A stretch of 64,000 nt of DNA from Luteolibacter sp. (GTDB taxonomy: Bacteria; Verrucomicrobiota; Verrucomicrobiia; Verrucomicrobiales; Akkermansiaceae): positions 25,385 to 89,384 of the forward strand of contig NZ_JBDSCX010000003.1 in the NCBI RefSeq assembly GCF_039920825.1, in the 5' to 3' direction. The notes beneath the pieces are model-generated. The model was given only the letters and a program-made list of their open reading frames with translations. It was not told the DNA's origin and did no database searches. Every line of letters starts with the position of its first letter. The stretch's first letter is position 1. Shown here one piece after another: positions 8,572 through 16,788 of this stretch. The translations under genes were made by a program, and so were the position numbers.

Positions 8572-10065
8572 ATGCGTTTGCGTGCCGTCGCCGTTGTTCT
8601 TTTCGCAACCCTGTCCCCGTGCCTTGCGGGTGGAAATTGGATCGCCGTGGTGGCTCCGGCATTGCAGGACGCGATCAAGCCTTTGGTCGAGCGGCACCAG
8701 GCGGAGGGGTGGCAGGTGACCGTCATTATCGCTGAAGAAAATCCCGCGGCTGCCATGCAATCCATTGCCGCCCTTGCCGCGGACGGCGGTCCTTGCTGTG
8801 TGCTGCTGGCGGGTGATTTTTTCCCCGAAGCAGGAGCAAATCGGGTTCCTCCCGGCACCGGAATCCACCTGCGGATGAAGGACAAGATGACCGACCTGCC
8901 ATGGTCCGCCGGTGGGAAAAAAGGCAACATTGAGGTCGGCCGGCTTCCCGCGAGAAATCCGGGCGAGGCGGGCGTGATGGTGCGCAAGATCCTAGCCTGG
9001 CCAGCCGATGAGGCACACAGGAAAACATTTCCCCGGGCCGAGCTGGTGGTCGGCCATCACGGCGCACCACCCGCGCTGGATGCGATGGCAAACAGCGTGA
9101 TCAACTCGCTGACCCTGCGCCTCGTCGGACAACTGGCGCCCGCCTGGCGATTTGATGGTGCTGCCCATATCGACGGCAGCCCCTGGCAGGTTTCCCCAGA
9201 AAGTCTAACAGCCACGTCGGCACGGATGATGACCACACGTGCCACCTTCCTCGCCTACATGGGCCACAGCGCGGTGAACGGCGCGGTTTCCAAAAACACC
9301 CTTCTTCTATCAGACGCAGCTTGGTACGCCTTGCCAGCGGAAGGCCCCCGGCCCGGGCTGTTCTTCACCTGCGGTTGCCACAGTTGCGAACTTACTCACC
9401 GGTTAGAATCCTTTGGTTTCGCCGCGATGCGCTCGCCGGGAGGACCACCCGCGGTGATCGGCAGCACTGGTGAAACATGGTCGGCGATGGGCTATCTCGC
9501 CGCTTCAGGACTCATCGACCGGCTGGCCGGAAATCCCGCGCCCGTCCGCTTGGGAACACTGTGGCTCGGCGTGCAGCAGGGGCTGGCGAGGGGGAAAATC
9601 AATGCCGCAACGTTTGCGATATTGGACAGAGCCGATGGTACTGATGGCAAGATCCCGCTCGACCAACAACGTCTGGAGCATTTGGAATCGTGGATGCTCC
9701 TCGGTGATCCGGCGATGCCACTGCTTCCTCCGCCATCGGTGATTCAAATCAATCCGCCACCAGCTCCTGTCCAAGGCCAGCCATTCGTTGTCACTGGCAC
9801 GCTGCCTGCCGGACTCGCCGGGGCAGGAGTCCATGTCACTCTGGAACGCCATCCTTCCGCGGTGCGTCGTGCGCTGCCGGGAAAGGACAACGAACCGGCT
9901 CTAACAGTCATGGAAATCGGTATCGCAGCTTCGGACGTCACCGCAACCGGAACCACGTTTTCCGCGAGCATGGATTTGCCTTCACCACTTCCCGCGAAGC
10001 CATGGACGCTGCGCGTGGAAACCACCAAACCGTCGGCGGCCGGTGGAGTGCTGCAGATTAAATAG
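8572..10065 (+). CDS. C25 (gingipain-like) cysteine peptidase family protein
   Basis: LLAGD, VGRLPA, YMGHS, FTCGCHSC, LLGDPAM. Signal peptide from ATG 8572. Confidence 0.75.
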   Translation: MRLRAVAVVLFATLSPCLAGGNWIAVVAPALQDAIKPLVERHQAEGWQVTVIIAEENPAAAMQSIAALAADGGPCCVLLAGDFFPEAGANRVPPGTGIHLRMKDKMTDLPWSAGGKKGNIEVGRLPARNPGEAGVMVRKILAWPADEAHRKTFPRAELVVGHHGAPPALDAMANSVINSLTLRLVGQLAPAWRFDGAAHIDGSPWQVSPESLTATSARMMTTRATFLAYMGHSAVNGAVSKNTLLLSDAAWYALPAEGPRPGLFFTCGCHSCELTHRLESFGFAAMRSPGGPPAVIGSTGETWSAMGYLAASGLIDRLAGNPAPVRLGTLWLGVQQGLARGKINAATFAILDRADGTDGKIPLDQQRLEHLESWMLLGDPAMPLLPPPSVIQINPPPAPVQGQPFVVTGTLPAGLAGAGVHVTLERHPSAVRRALPGKDNEPALTVMEIGIAASDVTATGTTFSASMDLPSPLPAKPWTLRVETTKPSAAGGVLQIK

Positions 10066-10170
10066 AAAGTCGGCCCCGTCCGCTTGATTGGGTTCCGAAG
10101 TGAAATGAGGAACCGTGCGGCATCGGAAATTTTCTCGTTTCGTCATCGTGGTTTGGTGTTTCCTCTCCTC

Positions 10171-11643
10171 ATGCCCGATCCGGTTCATGCCCTCTATCAA
10201 GCTCGCGCGTACCCGGCCGTCAGTCATCCGTCGACCGATCCGGCGTCCACGGCGGTCGCGGCAAAGTTGGCGGGGCTGGACGTCACGCCGCCATCGCGGG
10301 CCCGGATTCTGGACATTGGATGCGCCTCGGGGCAAAACCTGCTGCCACTGGCCGCAAGGTGGCCGGGCAGCCGTTTTACCGGGATTGATTTTTCAGAAAC
10401 GGCGATCGAAGAGGCCCGCGAAATCGCGGGTCTTGCAGGGTTGACGAACGTGGAGTTCATTCATGCCGATCTGCGGGATTTCGATCCGGGCGACGCGGTG
10501 AGCTACGATTTCATCATCGCCCACGGCGTTTATTCCTGGGTGCCGGATGAGGTGAGGCAGGCGTTGCTGGATTTCTGCGGCGCGAAACTTTCCAGCAACG
10601 GAGTGGCGCTGATCAGTTACAACACTCTTCCCGGGTGGTCGCTGCGAAAGACGATTGCCGATCTGACGGAAACGCTGATTCGGCGGCCCATTGCCAAACA
10701 GATCGGACAAGAGCCCGAAGCGATTCTGGGGCTTTTCGCCACGGCGGCGGGAAATCACACCCCTTATGCCCGGTATCTAACATCGGTGTTGCACGACATG
10801 TTCGGAAAGGGCGACAACGCGCACGTGTTCGATGATTTCGCGCCGATCAATACGCCTAGTAACTTCCTAGATTTCACGGATCACGCGGGCCGGTCCGGTT
10901 TGCGGTATCTGGGCGAGTCCCGGCTTGCCGAAGACTTTCCAGCCTCGCTGGCTCGCGAAGCTGCGGAAATTCTCAAGCCAATGGCAGGTGATCCTTCCGC
11001 GCTCCAACAGACCATCGACGTGCTGACGAACCGCACGTTTCGCAGCTCGCTGCTGTGCCGCGCGGATGCGCCGGTTCAGAGCCGGGTCGCGACGGCCGAC
11101 ATCCTCGATTTCTCCATCAGGACTCCGCACGCTTTCGAATTAACCTCGGATGGCGCGCGTTTGCTGGGGAATGCGGGTGAGGAGCTTGCCCGATTCGTCC
11201 ATCCGGCGGAGGTGGCGTTTTTCTCCGCTTTATCGAAGACCCGGCCCGAATCGGTGCCGGTTCACGAAGTGATCGCGAACATGGCGGAGAATTCGTTCGA
11301 TGTCTCCGGAAGCGTGCCATTGCTCGTGCGGTTGGTGATCGACTCGGCCCGCCGGGGGCTCGTTTTACTGCGAACCGAACCGGTGCGGTTTGATGCGGCA
11401 CCACCCGCATTTCCCAATCTCGGCCCGCTGCGCCTGCTGTCTGCTAGAAGAGGCAGGGCGGTGGTGGATACTTATCATTCATTCAGCGAACTCGATGATT
11501 CACGGAGAAAAATCGCCGCCGCGATGGACGGTTCGCGCTCGGCGGATGAATTGGCGGCTTTGGCGAAGACGATGCTGCCGGATCTTGATTTCCTTGCATG
11601 GCTCCGTCATCTCGCCGCACGGGGAATGTTTGCCGGTTGTTAG
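10171..11643 (+). CDS. Class I SAM-dependent methyltransferase with methyltransferase regulatory domain (PKMT-like)
   Basis: ILDIGCASGQN, FTGIDFS, YDFIIAHGVYSWVP, ISYNTLPGW, NRTFRSSLLC. Start likely 10171. Confidence 0.85.
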   Translation: MPDPVHALYQARAYPAVSHPSTDPASTAVAAKLAGLDVTPPSRARILDIGCASGQNLLPLAARWPGSRFTGIDFSETAIEEAREIAGLAGLTNVEFIHADLRDFDPGDAVSYDFIIAHGVYSWVPDEVRQALLDFCGAKLSSNGVALISYNTLPGWSLRKTIADLTETLIRRPIAKQIGQEPEAILGLFATAAGNHTPYARYLTSVLHDMFGKGDNAHVFDDFAPINTPSNFLDFTDHAGRSGLRYLGESRLAEDFPASLAREAAEILKPMAGDPSALQQTIDVLTNRTFRSSLLCRADAPVQSRVATADILDFSIRTPHAFELTSDGARLLGNAGEELARFVHPAEVAFFSALSKTRPESVPVHEVIANMAENSFDVSGSVPLLVRLVIDSARRGLVLLRTEPVRFDAAPPAFPNLGPLRLLSARRGRAVVDTYHSFSELDDSRRKIAAAMDGSRSADELAALAKTMLPDLDFLAWLRHLAARGMFAGC

Positions 11644-13859
11644 GAGAAATTCAACGCGTCCATGTCGAAGACCACGGTGACATCTTCAGGCAGGCTGGTT
11701 TTTGCAAGGATGGCTTGAACGTGGTTTGTCAGCGGCCGGGCACGGTGGGAGCGCAAGGTGATCTGGAACCGAAATTGGCCGTGGGAGCGGATCAGCGGCG
11801 AGGGCAGGACCTCGCCGAGGGTGATGCCGTTAGGAATATTTTCCGCGAGGCGGAGATGCAGGGTTTGCAGGGTGAACTCGGCGCGACGCTCGTGGGTGGA
11901 GCGGCTTGTTAGCACGGCGCAGTGTGCGTAGGGCGGGAAGGAGAACTGGCGGCGGAACTCCATTTCCTGTTCGGAGAAACCGTCGAAGTCATGTTTGCGG
12001 GCGAACTGGATCGATGGCGAATGAGGGGTGAACGTTTGGACGATGACTTCGCCCTCGAGATCGCCACGACCCGCGCGACCGGCCACCTGGGTGACGAGCT
12101 GGAACGTGCGCTCGCCGGCGCGGAAATCGGGGACATGCAGGCCGAGGTCGGCATTCAAAATCCCAACGAGCGTGACGTTGGGGAAATGCAATCCCTTGGC
12201 GATCATCTGCGTGCCGATCAGGATGTCGATCTTGTGCGCCTTGAATGCTGATAGCGTATCCCGCAGCGCGTTTTTCCGGCGCATGGCATCCGCATCGATG
12301 CGGGCGAATTTCGCTTTTGGAAACACCTTTGCCATTACCTCCTCGACCTTCTGCGTGCCGTAGCCTTGCAGGAGGATGTTGGGATCGCGGCACTCGGGAC
12401 ACTTGCGCGGGACGATGGATTGATAGCCGCAAACGTGGCAGACCAGCCGTTCGTCGGTGCGGTGATAGGTGAGAGCGACGGCACAATGCGGACACTGGCA
12501 GACATGGCCGCAGGCGGTGCATTGCAGCGAACGGGCGAAGCCGCGGCGGTTGAGAAAGAGGATGGCTTGCTCGCCTTTTTCCAGCCGTTGTTCGAGAGCG
12601 GTACGGAGCTTGTCGGAGAGAATCGCGGGACCGCCCTTGTGTTTGGTTTGTTCCAGCCGCATGTCCACGACTCTAACCAAAGGCATGGAGGCGCCGTCGG
12701 CGCGCTGGTCGAGCCGGAGAAGATCGTATTTGTCCGTGAGCGTGTTGTTCCACGATTCCAACGATGGAGTGGCAGAGCCTAATACAATCGCGCAAGGCTC
12801 GAAAGCGGCCCGCAAAACGGCAACATCGCGGCCATGGTAGCGCGGGACGTTTTCCTGCTTGTAGGTGTTCTCGTGTTCCTCATCGACGAGGATCAACCCG
12901 AGGTCGGGCAGCGGTGCGAAAACGGCGGAGCGCGCACCGATGACGATGCGGGCGATTCCCTTTCGGATGCGATGCCATTCATCGAAACGCTCGCCTTGAG
13001 AGAGATTGGAGTGGAGCACGGCAACGTGGTCCTGCATCGCGGCGAAGCGGGACTTGAACCGGCGGACGGTTTGTGGTGTTAGGGAAATTTCCGGAACGAG
13101 GACGAGCACGGTTTTTCCGAGATCGAGCGCGTGTTGGGCGGCTTGCAGATAAACTTCGGTTTTCCCGGAGCCTGTGACGCCGAGCAGCAGGATGGGTTTT
13201 GATTCTTTCGGGTTGGCGACCGCGGCGAGAACCACTTCGAGCGCGGCGGCTTGACCCGGGTTGAGTTCGAGCGGCTTGGACTCGAGGATTTCATCGACGT
13301 TGTCGGCGTCCGGATCGCGGCGGACTTCCTCGGCCTCGAGTCGGAGCAGGCCGGCCTTCTCCATCGATTTCAAAGCGGCGGCATTGCCATCGCCGAGGTC
13401 GGCGACGGCCATCCGCAGATCGGGAGCATGGGCTAACAGCGAGAGGATGGCAAACTGGCGCGGCGCGCGTTTTTCCAATTTCGCGAGCGTCTCGGGATCC
13501 GGCGCTGCATCCAGTACGGCCACCCGGCGGGTCTTCGCGGAGTTTTCCTCCGATCGCACGCCTTCGGGCAGAACCGAACGAATGACCGACTCGATACTGG
13601 AGCCGTAGTAGTGAGCGATCCATTCCGCGGTGCGCAGCAGCACCGGCGTGATGAGTGGCTCCGGGTCGATGAGCGATTCCAGCTCGCGCAGGGCGAAATC
13701 CGCCTGCTCCGGCTCGCCGGTGGAGAGCACGGTGCCGGTCGCCGATTTCCGCCGCAGCGGAATACGCACGCGGCAGCCCGGACGCACGTTGAGTCCTGCC
13801 GGAATGGCATAGTCGAAGACGAGCTCCGAGGGGCCGTCGATCAGGACACGGGCGTTCAC
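11640..13859 (-). CDS. priA: Primosomal protein N' (replication restart helicase)
   Basis: GVTGSGKTEVY, VPEISLTPQ, DEEHE, LGSATPSLES, CxxC motifs, GTQMIAKGLHFP, QVAGRAGR. Start GTG 13859 or TTG 13895. Confidence 0.97.
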   Translation of the reverse strand: MNARVLIDGPSELVFDYAIPAGLNVRPGCRVRIPLRRKSATGTVLSTGEPEQADFALRELESLIDPEPLITPVLLRTAEWIAHYYGSSIESVIRSVLPEGVRSEENSAKTRRVAVLDAAPDPETLAKLEKRAPRQFAILSLLAHAPDLRMAVADLGDGNAAALKSMEKAGLLRLEAEEVRRDPDADNVDEILESKPLELNPGQAAALEVVLAAVANPKESKPILLLGVTGSGKTEVYLQAAQHALDLGKTVLVLVPEISLTPQTVRRFKSRFAAMQDHVAVLHSNLSQGERFDEWHRIRKGIARIVIGARSAVFAPLPDLGLILVDEEHENTYKQENVPRYHGRDVAVLRAAFEPCAIVLGSATPSLESWNNTLTDKYDLLRLDQRADGASMPLVRVVDMRLEQTKHKGGPAILSDKLRTALEQRLEKGEQAILFLNRRGFARSLQCTACGHVCQCPHCAVALTYHRTDERLVCHVCGYQSIVPRKCPECRDPNILLQGYGTQKVEEVMAKVFPKAKFARIDADAMRRKNALRDTLSAFKAHKIDILIGTQMIAKGLHFPNVTLVGILNADLGLHVPDFRAGERTFQLVTQVAGRAGRGDLEGEVIVQTFTPHSPSIQFARKHDFDGFSEQEMEFRRQFSFPPYAHCAVLTSRSTHERRAEFTLQTLHLRLAENIPNGITLGEVLPSPLIRSHGQFRFQITLRSHRARPLTNHVQAILAKTSLPEDVTVVFDMDALNFS

Positions 13860-13919
13860 TGCCCGGAGCCTGCCCGCCGGAACCGGGCTGGCCAAGATTC
13901 AATTCTTGATCTGATGAAT

Positions 13920-13947
13920 TGTTCGCATGAAAATGTTCTTGTGAACA
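13920..13947. promoter_or_regulatory. Tandem Verrucomicrobia-type LexA (SOS) boxes
   Basis: TGTTC-GCAT-GAAAA (13920-33, one mismatch) abutting a perfect TGTTC-TTGT-GAACA (13934-47). TGTTC-N4-GAACA is the reported Verrucomicrobia LexA consensus as I recall it. Confidence 0.8.
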
Positions 13948-14011
13948 CTTTTTCCTTGCCGCGATCTGGATCCCTGTGTCAATTTGCACACGAAATTAGC
14001 CACTCGATCCC

Positions 14012-14476
14012 ATGAAAGACACCGTCCTCGATTCCTCCCCGACCACCGAACGTGCCGTCGAATACGCGATCTACAAACCGAACTCCCGCGGTACCGGTGG
14101 TGTGGTTCGGTTCGGCCTGAACAAGGCGAAGGCCTCGCTCTTTGTCGATGCAACCAACCAATCCGGTGAAAAGCAATTCGACTGGGAAAACAAGATCACC
14201 ATGAAATGGGGCCTGTCCGATCTCGGTACTGTCATCGCAGTGCTTCAAGGCCGCGTGCCGCAGGCGAAGCTCTTTCATCAGTCGGAAAAGGCGAACAGTG
14301 CCTTCGAGCTGACACGCCAGGATGACCCGGAGCGCGCTCCCTATCTGTTGACGATTTCCCGTCAAAACTCCGCGGACAAAGCCCTGCGGAAAATCACTCT
14401 CCCCCTCAGCCACGGTGAAGCCGCCATTTTGGAAACCGCGTTGCAAACCGCGGTGACCCGGCTGATCGGATGGTGA
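14012..14476 (+). CDS. Whirly-like putative ssDNA-binding protein (154 aa)
   Basis: YAIYK, GEKQFDWENK, LSDLG, KLFH and ITLPLSHGEAAILETALQTAVTRLIGW parallel recalled plant Whirly motifs in the same order. Confidence 0.7.
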   Translation: MKDTVLDSSPTTERAVEYAIYKPNSRGTGGVVRFGLNKAKASLFVDATNQSGEKQFDWENKITMKWGLSDLGTVIAVLQGRVPQAKLFHQSEKANSAFELTRQDDPERAPYLLTISRQNSADKALRKITLPLSHGEAAILETALQTAVTRLIGW

Positions 14477-14488
14477 GATTGCAACTGG

Positions 14489-14525
14489 CTTGACCGGTCG
14501 GATCCAACGGGTCCGTCCGGTCAAG
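14489..14525. terminator. GC-rich hairpin between convergent genes
   Basis: cttgaccgg-t-cgga-tccaacggg-tccg-t-ccggtcaag. No clear U-tract. Confidence 0.45.
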
Positions 14526-14542
14526 TTCAGCTCACGGGTGCC

Positions 14543-16534
14543 TTAAGGAATGATATTCACCCGGTCGCCTGATTGGGTCATGGTGAAGAGTTTCTGCGCA
14601 TTTCCCTCCGGCACGCGGATGCAGCCGTGCGATGCGGGGTAGTCGGGGACGTTGCCCTGATGGAGGCCAAAGTCGCCGCAACTGAGGCGTTGGAAATACG
14701 GCATGCTCGCATGATAGAGCGTGGATTTCCAAGCGGGGTATTTGTTGGTGATGACGTATTCGCCGGTGGGTGTATCGTGGCCCTTTTTGCCGGTGGAAAC
14801 CTTGGTGGTGAAAATTTCGTTACCGACCGAGTCGAATACGTGGGCGCGTTGTTCCGACAGGCGGATCTCGATGCGGCGCTCCTCATGCAGGGGATCGCGG
14901 CCGAGGAACAGACGCATCATTTTGACGTCGTTGCGGCGGGAAGCGAAATTGATCGGCCAGATATCGGTGGCACGGGTGCGGACCTCGCTTTTCGCGCCGG
15001 CTCTCATCAGGTAACGGGCGGATTGGATCACTCCGGCGTCCGCGGCCAGCATGAGCGGCGTGACGTTGCGGTCGTATTTCAAGACCCAGCGCAGGACGCC
15101 GGGGCGGACGGATTTAAGGAAAGAGTTCGACACCGGGAGCTCGAATGGCGTGTTAGGATCGATTCCGGCATCGAGCAGAGCTTTCACCGTGAGATGGCAA
15201 CCGGTGGCGATGGCGAGGTGCAGCGGTGTCTGGCCTTCCGGCAACCGAAGGTCCATATCAGCGCCGTTCTCCAGGAGAAACGCGGCGACCTTGTCCTGCT
15301 TCCGGCGGATCGCGGCGGCGAGTGGCGTGTCGAGCGACGGGATGCGGGTGACGTTCACCGGTGCCCCGCAGGCGACGAGCAGGCTGACCATTTCCAGATC
15401 ACCGCGGGCCGCTGAGTGATAGAGGGCGTTGCCGACCGGATGGCCGTAATCGGTTAGCATTTTCACAAGAGTGGCGTCGCCGGCGAGCGCGGCTGCTTCA
15501 ACCACACCAAGCGCTTCAGCATTGCGACTCGTCGCCCTCGCACCGTGCGCTAACAGGATGCCGGCTGTTTCGTGATTCCGGTTTTCAAAAGCCTTCCAAA
15601 GCCATTCGTCCCAGACTCCGCCGGGCGGTTTCGCACCGTGGTCGAGGAAGACCTGGAACATTTCCGGAGAGCTTTCACGGAACGCCCGTTCGAGCGGGGT
15701 GGGGGAATTTCCCGTCGAGTAACGGTGGTTCGGATCAGCGCCGACTTTCAAAAGCAGCGCGACCTGGCCGGTGTTTCCCGAGGAAATCGCCCGGTCTAAC
15801 AAAGTGAATCCATCCACTCCAGCCGCATTCGGATCGGCTCCGGCGGCGGCGAGCTTGGGAACGGCATCGAGCCAACCGTTGCGGAAAGCCATCTGGATTG
15901 TTGTTTCCCCTGCGGCATTCGTGGCACCCGGGTCGGCACCGAGTTCGATGAGCGCGTCCACGAGATCGCGGCGCTTCACTTCCATGGCGACGTGCAGAAG
16001 GGGATTTCCGATGCGGTCCTTGAGATGGGGATCGGCACCGGATTTCATCATGGCTCGGACGAAAGTCAGGCGGCCTTCGCGGATGGCCCAGGGCAGGATT
16101 TTCTCGCCGTCCGGCATCAGGCCGTCGGTGCGGGCACCGGCTGTTAGCAGCTTCTCAACGATGGCGGTTTCACCGAGTTCGACGGCGATGCCAAGAACGC
16201 TGACGTGGTCGGCCGTGGAGGCGTTCACGTTCGCCTTGGCATCGAGGAGTTTGAAAACCGAGCTGATGTCGTGGTTTTCCAGCGCGATGCGCATGGGCGT
16301 TTTACCATTGGCGTCGCACTGTTCGGTGTGAACGCCGACATCGATCAGCCAGCCTGCGCGCTGCGTGTCGTGTTCGGAAACCGCTTGCAGCAATGCTTGT
16401 CCGGACGGCTCGATCCCGCGTTTGGACAACTCGCGGAGGCCGCGTTTCTGAGGAGTATCGCAGGAGACCAGCAACCCTGCGACGAGCAGGATCGGGCAGG
16501 CCTTGTAGAGTTTCAACCTCAGCGCGGGATTCAC
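14543..16534 (-). CDS. Lipoprotein with multiple ankyrin repeats and C-terminal L,D-transpeptidase (YkuD) domain
   Basis: Lipobox LLVSC. Repeated TPLHLAI..G/GADPN motifs. KVSTGK..HDTPTGEY and FGLHQG...ASHGCIRVP. Confidence 0.9.
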   Translation of the reverse strand: MNPALRLKLYKACPILLVAGLLVSCDTPQKRGLRELSKRGIEPSGQALLQAVSEHDTQRAGWLIDVGVHTEQCDANGKTPMRIALENHDISSVFKLLDAKANVNASTADHVSVLGIAVELGETAIVEKLLTAGARTDGLMPDGEKILPWAIREGRLTFVRAMMKSGADPHLKDRIGNPLLHVAMEVKRRDLVDALIELGADPGATNAAGETTIQMAFRNGWLDAVPKLAAAGADPNAAGVDGFTLLDRAISSGNTGQVALLLKVGADPNHRYSTGNSPTPLERAFRESSPEMFQVFLDHGAKPPGGVWDEWLWKAFENRNHETAGILLAHGARATSRNAEALGVVEAAALAGDATLVKMLTDYGHPVGNALYHSAARGDLEMVSLLVACGAPVNVTRIPSLDTPLAAAIRRKQDKVAAFLLENGADMDLRLPEGQTPLHLAIATGCHLTVKALLDAGIDPNTPFELPVSNSFLKSVRPGVLRWVLKYDRNVTPLMLAADAGVIQSARYLMRAGAKSEVRTRATDIWPINFASRRNDVKMMRLFLGRDPLHEERRIEIRLSEQRAHVFDSVGNEIFTTKVSTGKKGHDTPTGEYVITNKYPAWKSTLYHASMPYFQRLSCGDFGLHQGNVPDYPASHGCIRVPEGNAQKLFTMTQSGDRVNIIP

Positions 16535-16788
16535 AGTGCCCGGCAGACTACTTAGCCATTCTTGAAATGCAAGTTCGCTGAAAGCGTTCTCACGGAATCG
16601 TCACCGGAACCGGTGGGTTCCAGCTTTTCCGCCACAGAGCCGCTTCGGGGATCCAGTGGCTGCCCTCACAGAATATCCCCAGAAGATGAATCCGTCTTAA
16701 GCCGGATGGCCGAAGCAGACGATCAGGCTGCCGCACAAAAATCGGCGGCGAGCGTGTGTCGCCGTTGGTCGCGGAGCGGACGGACGAT

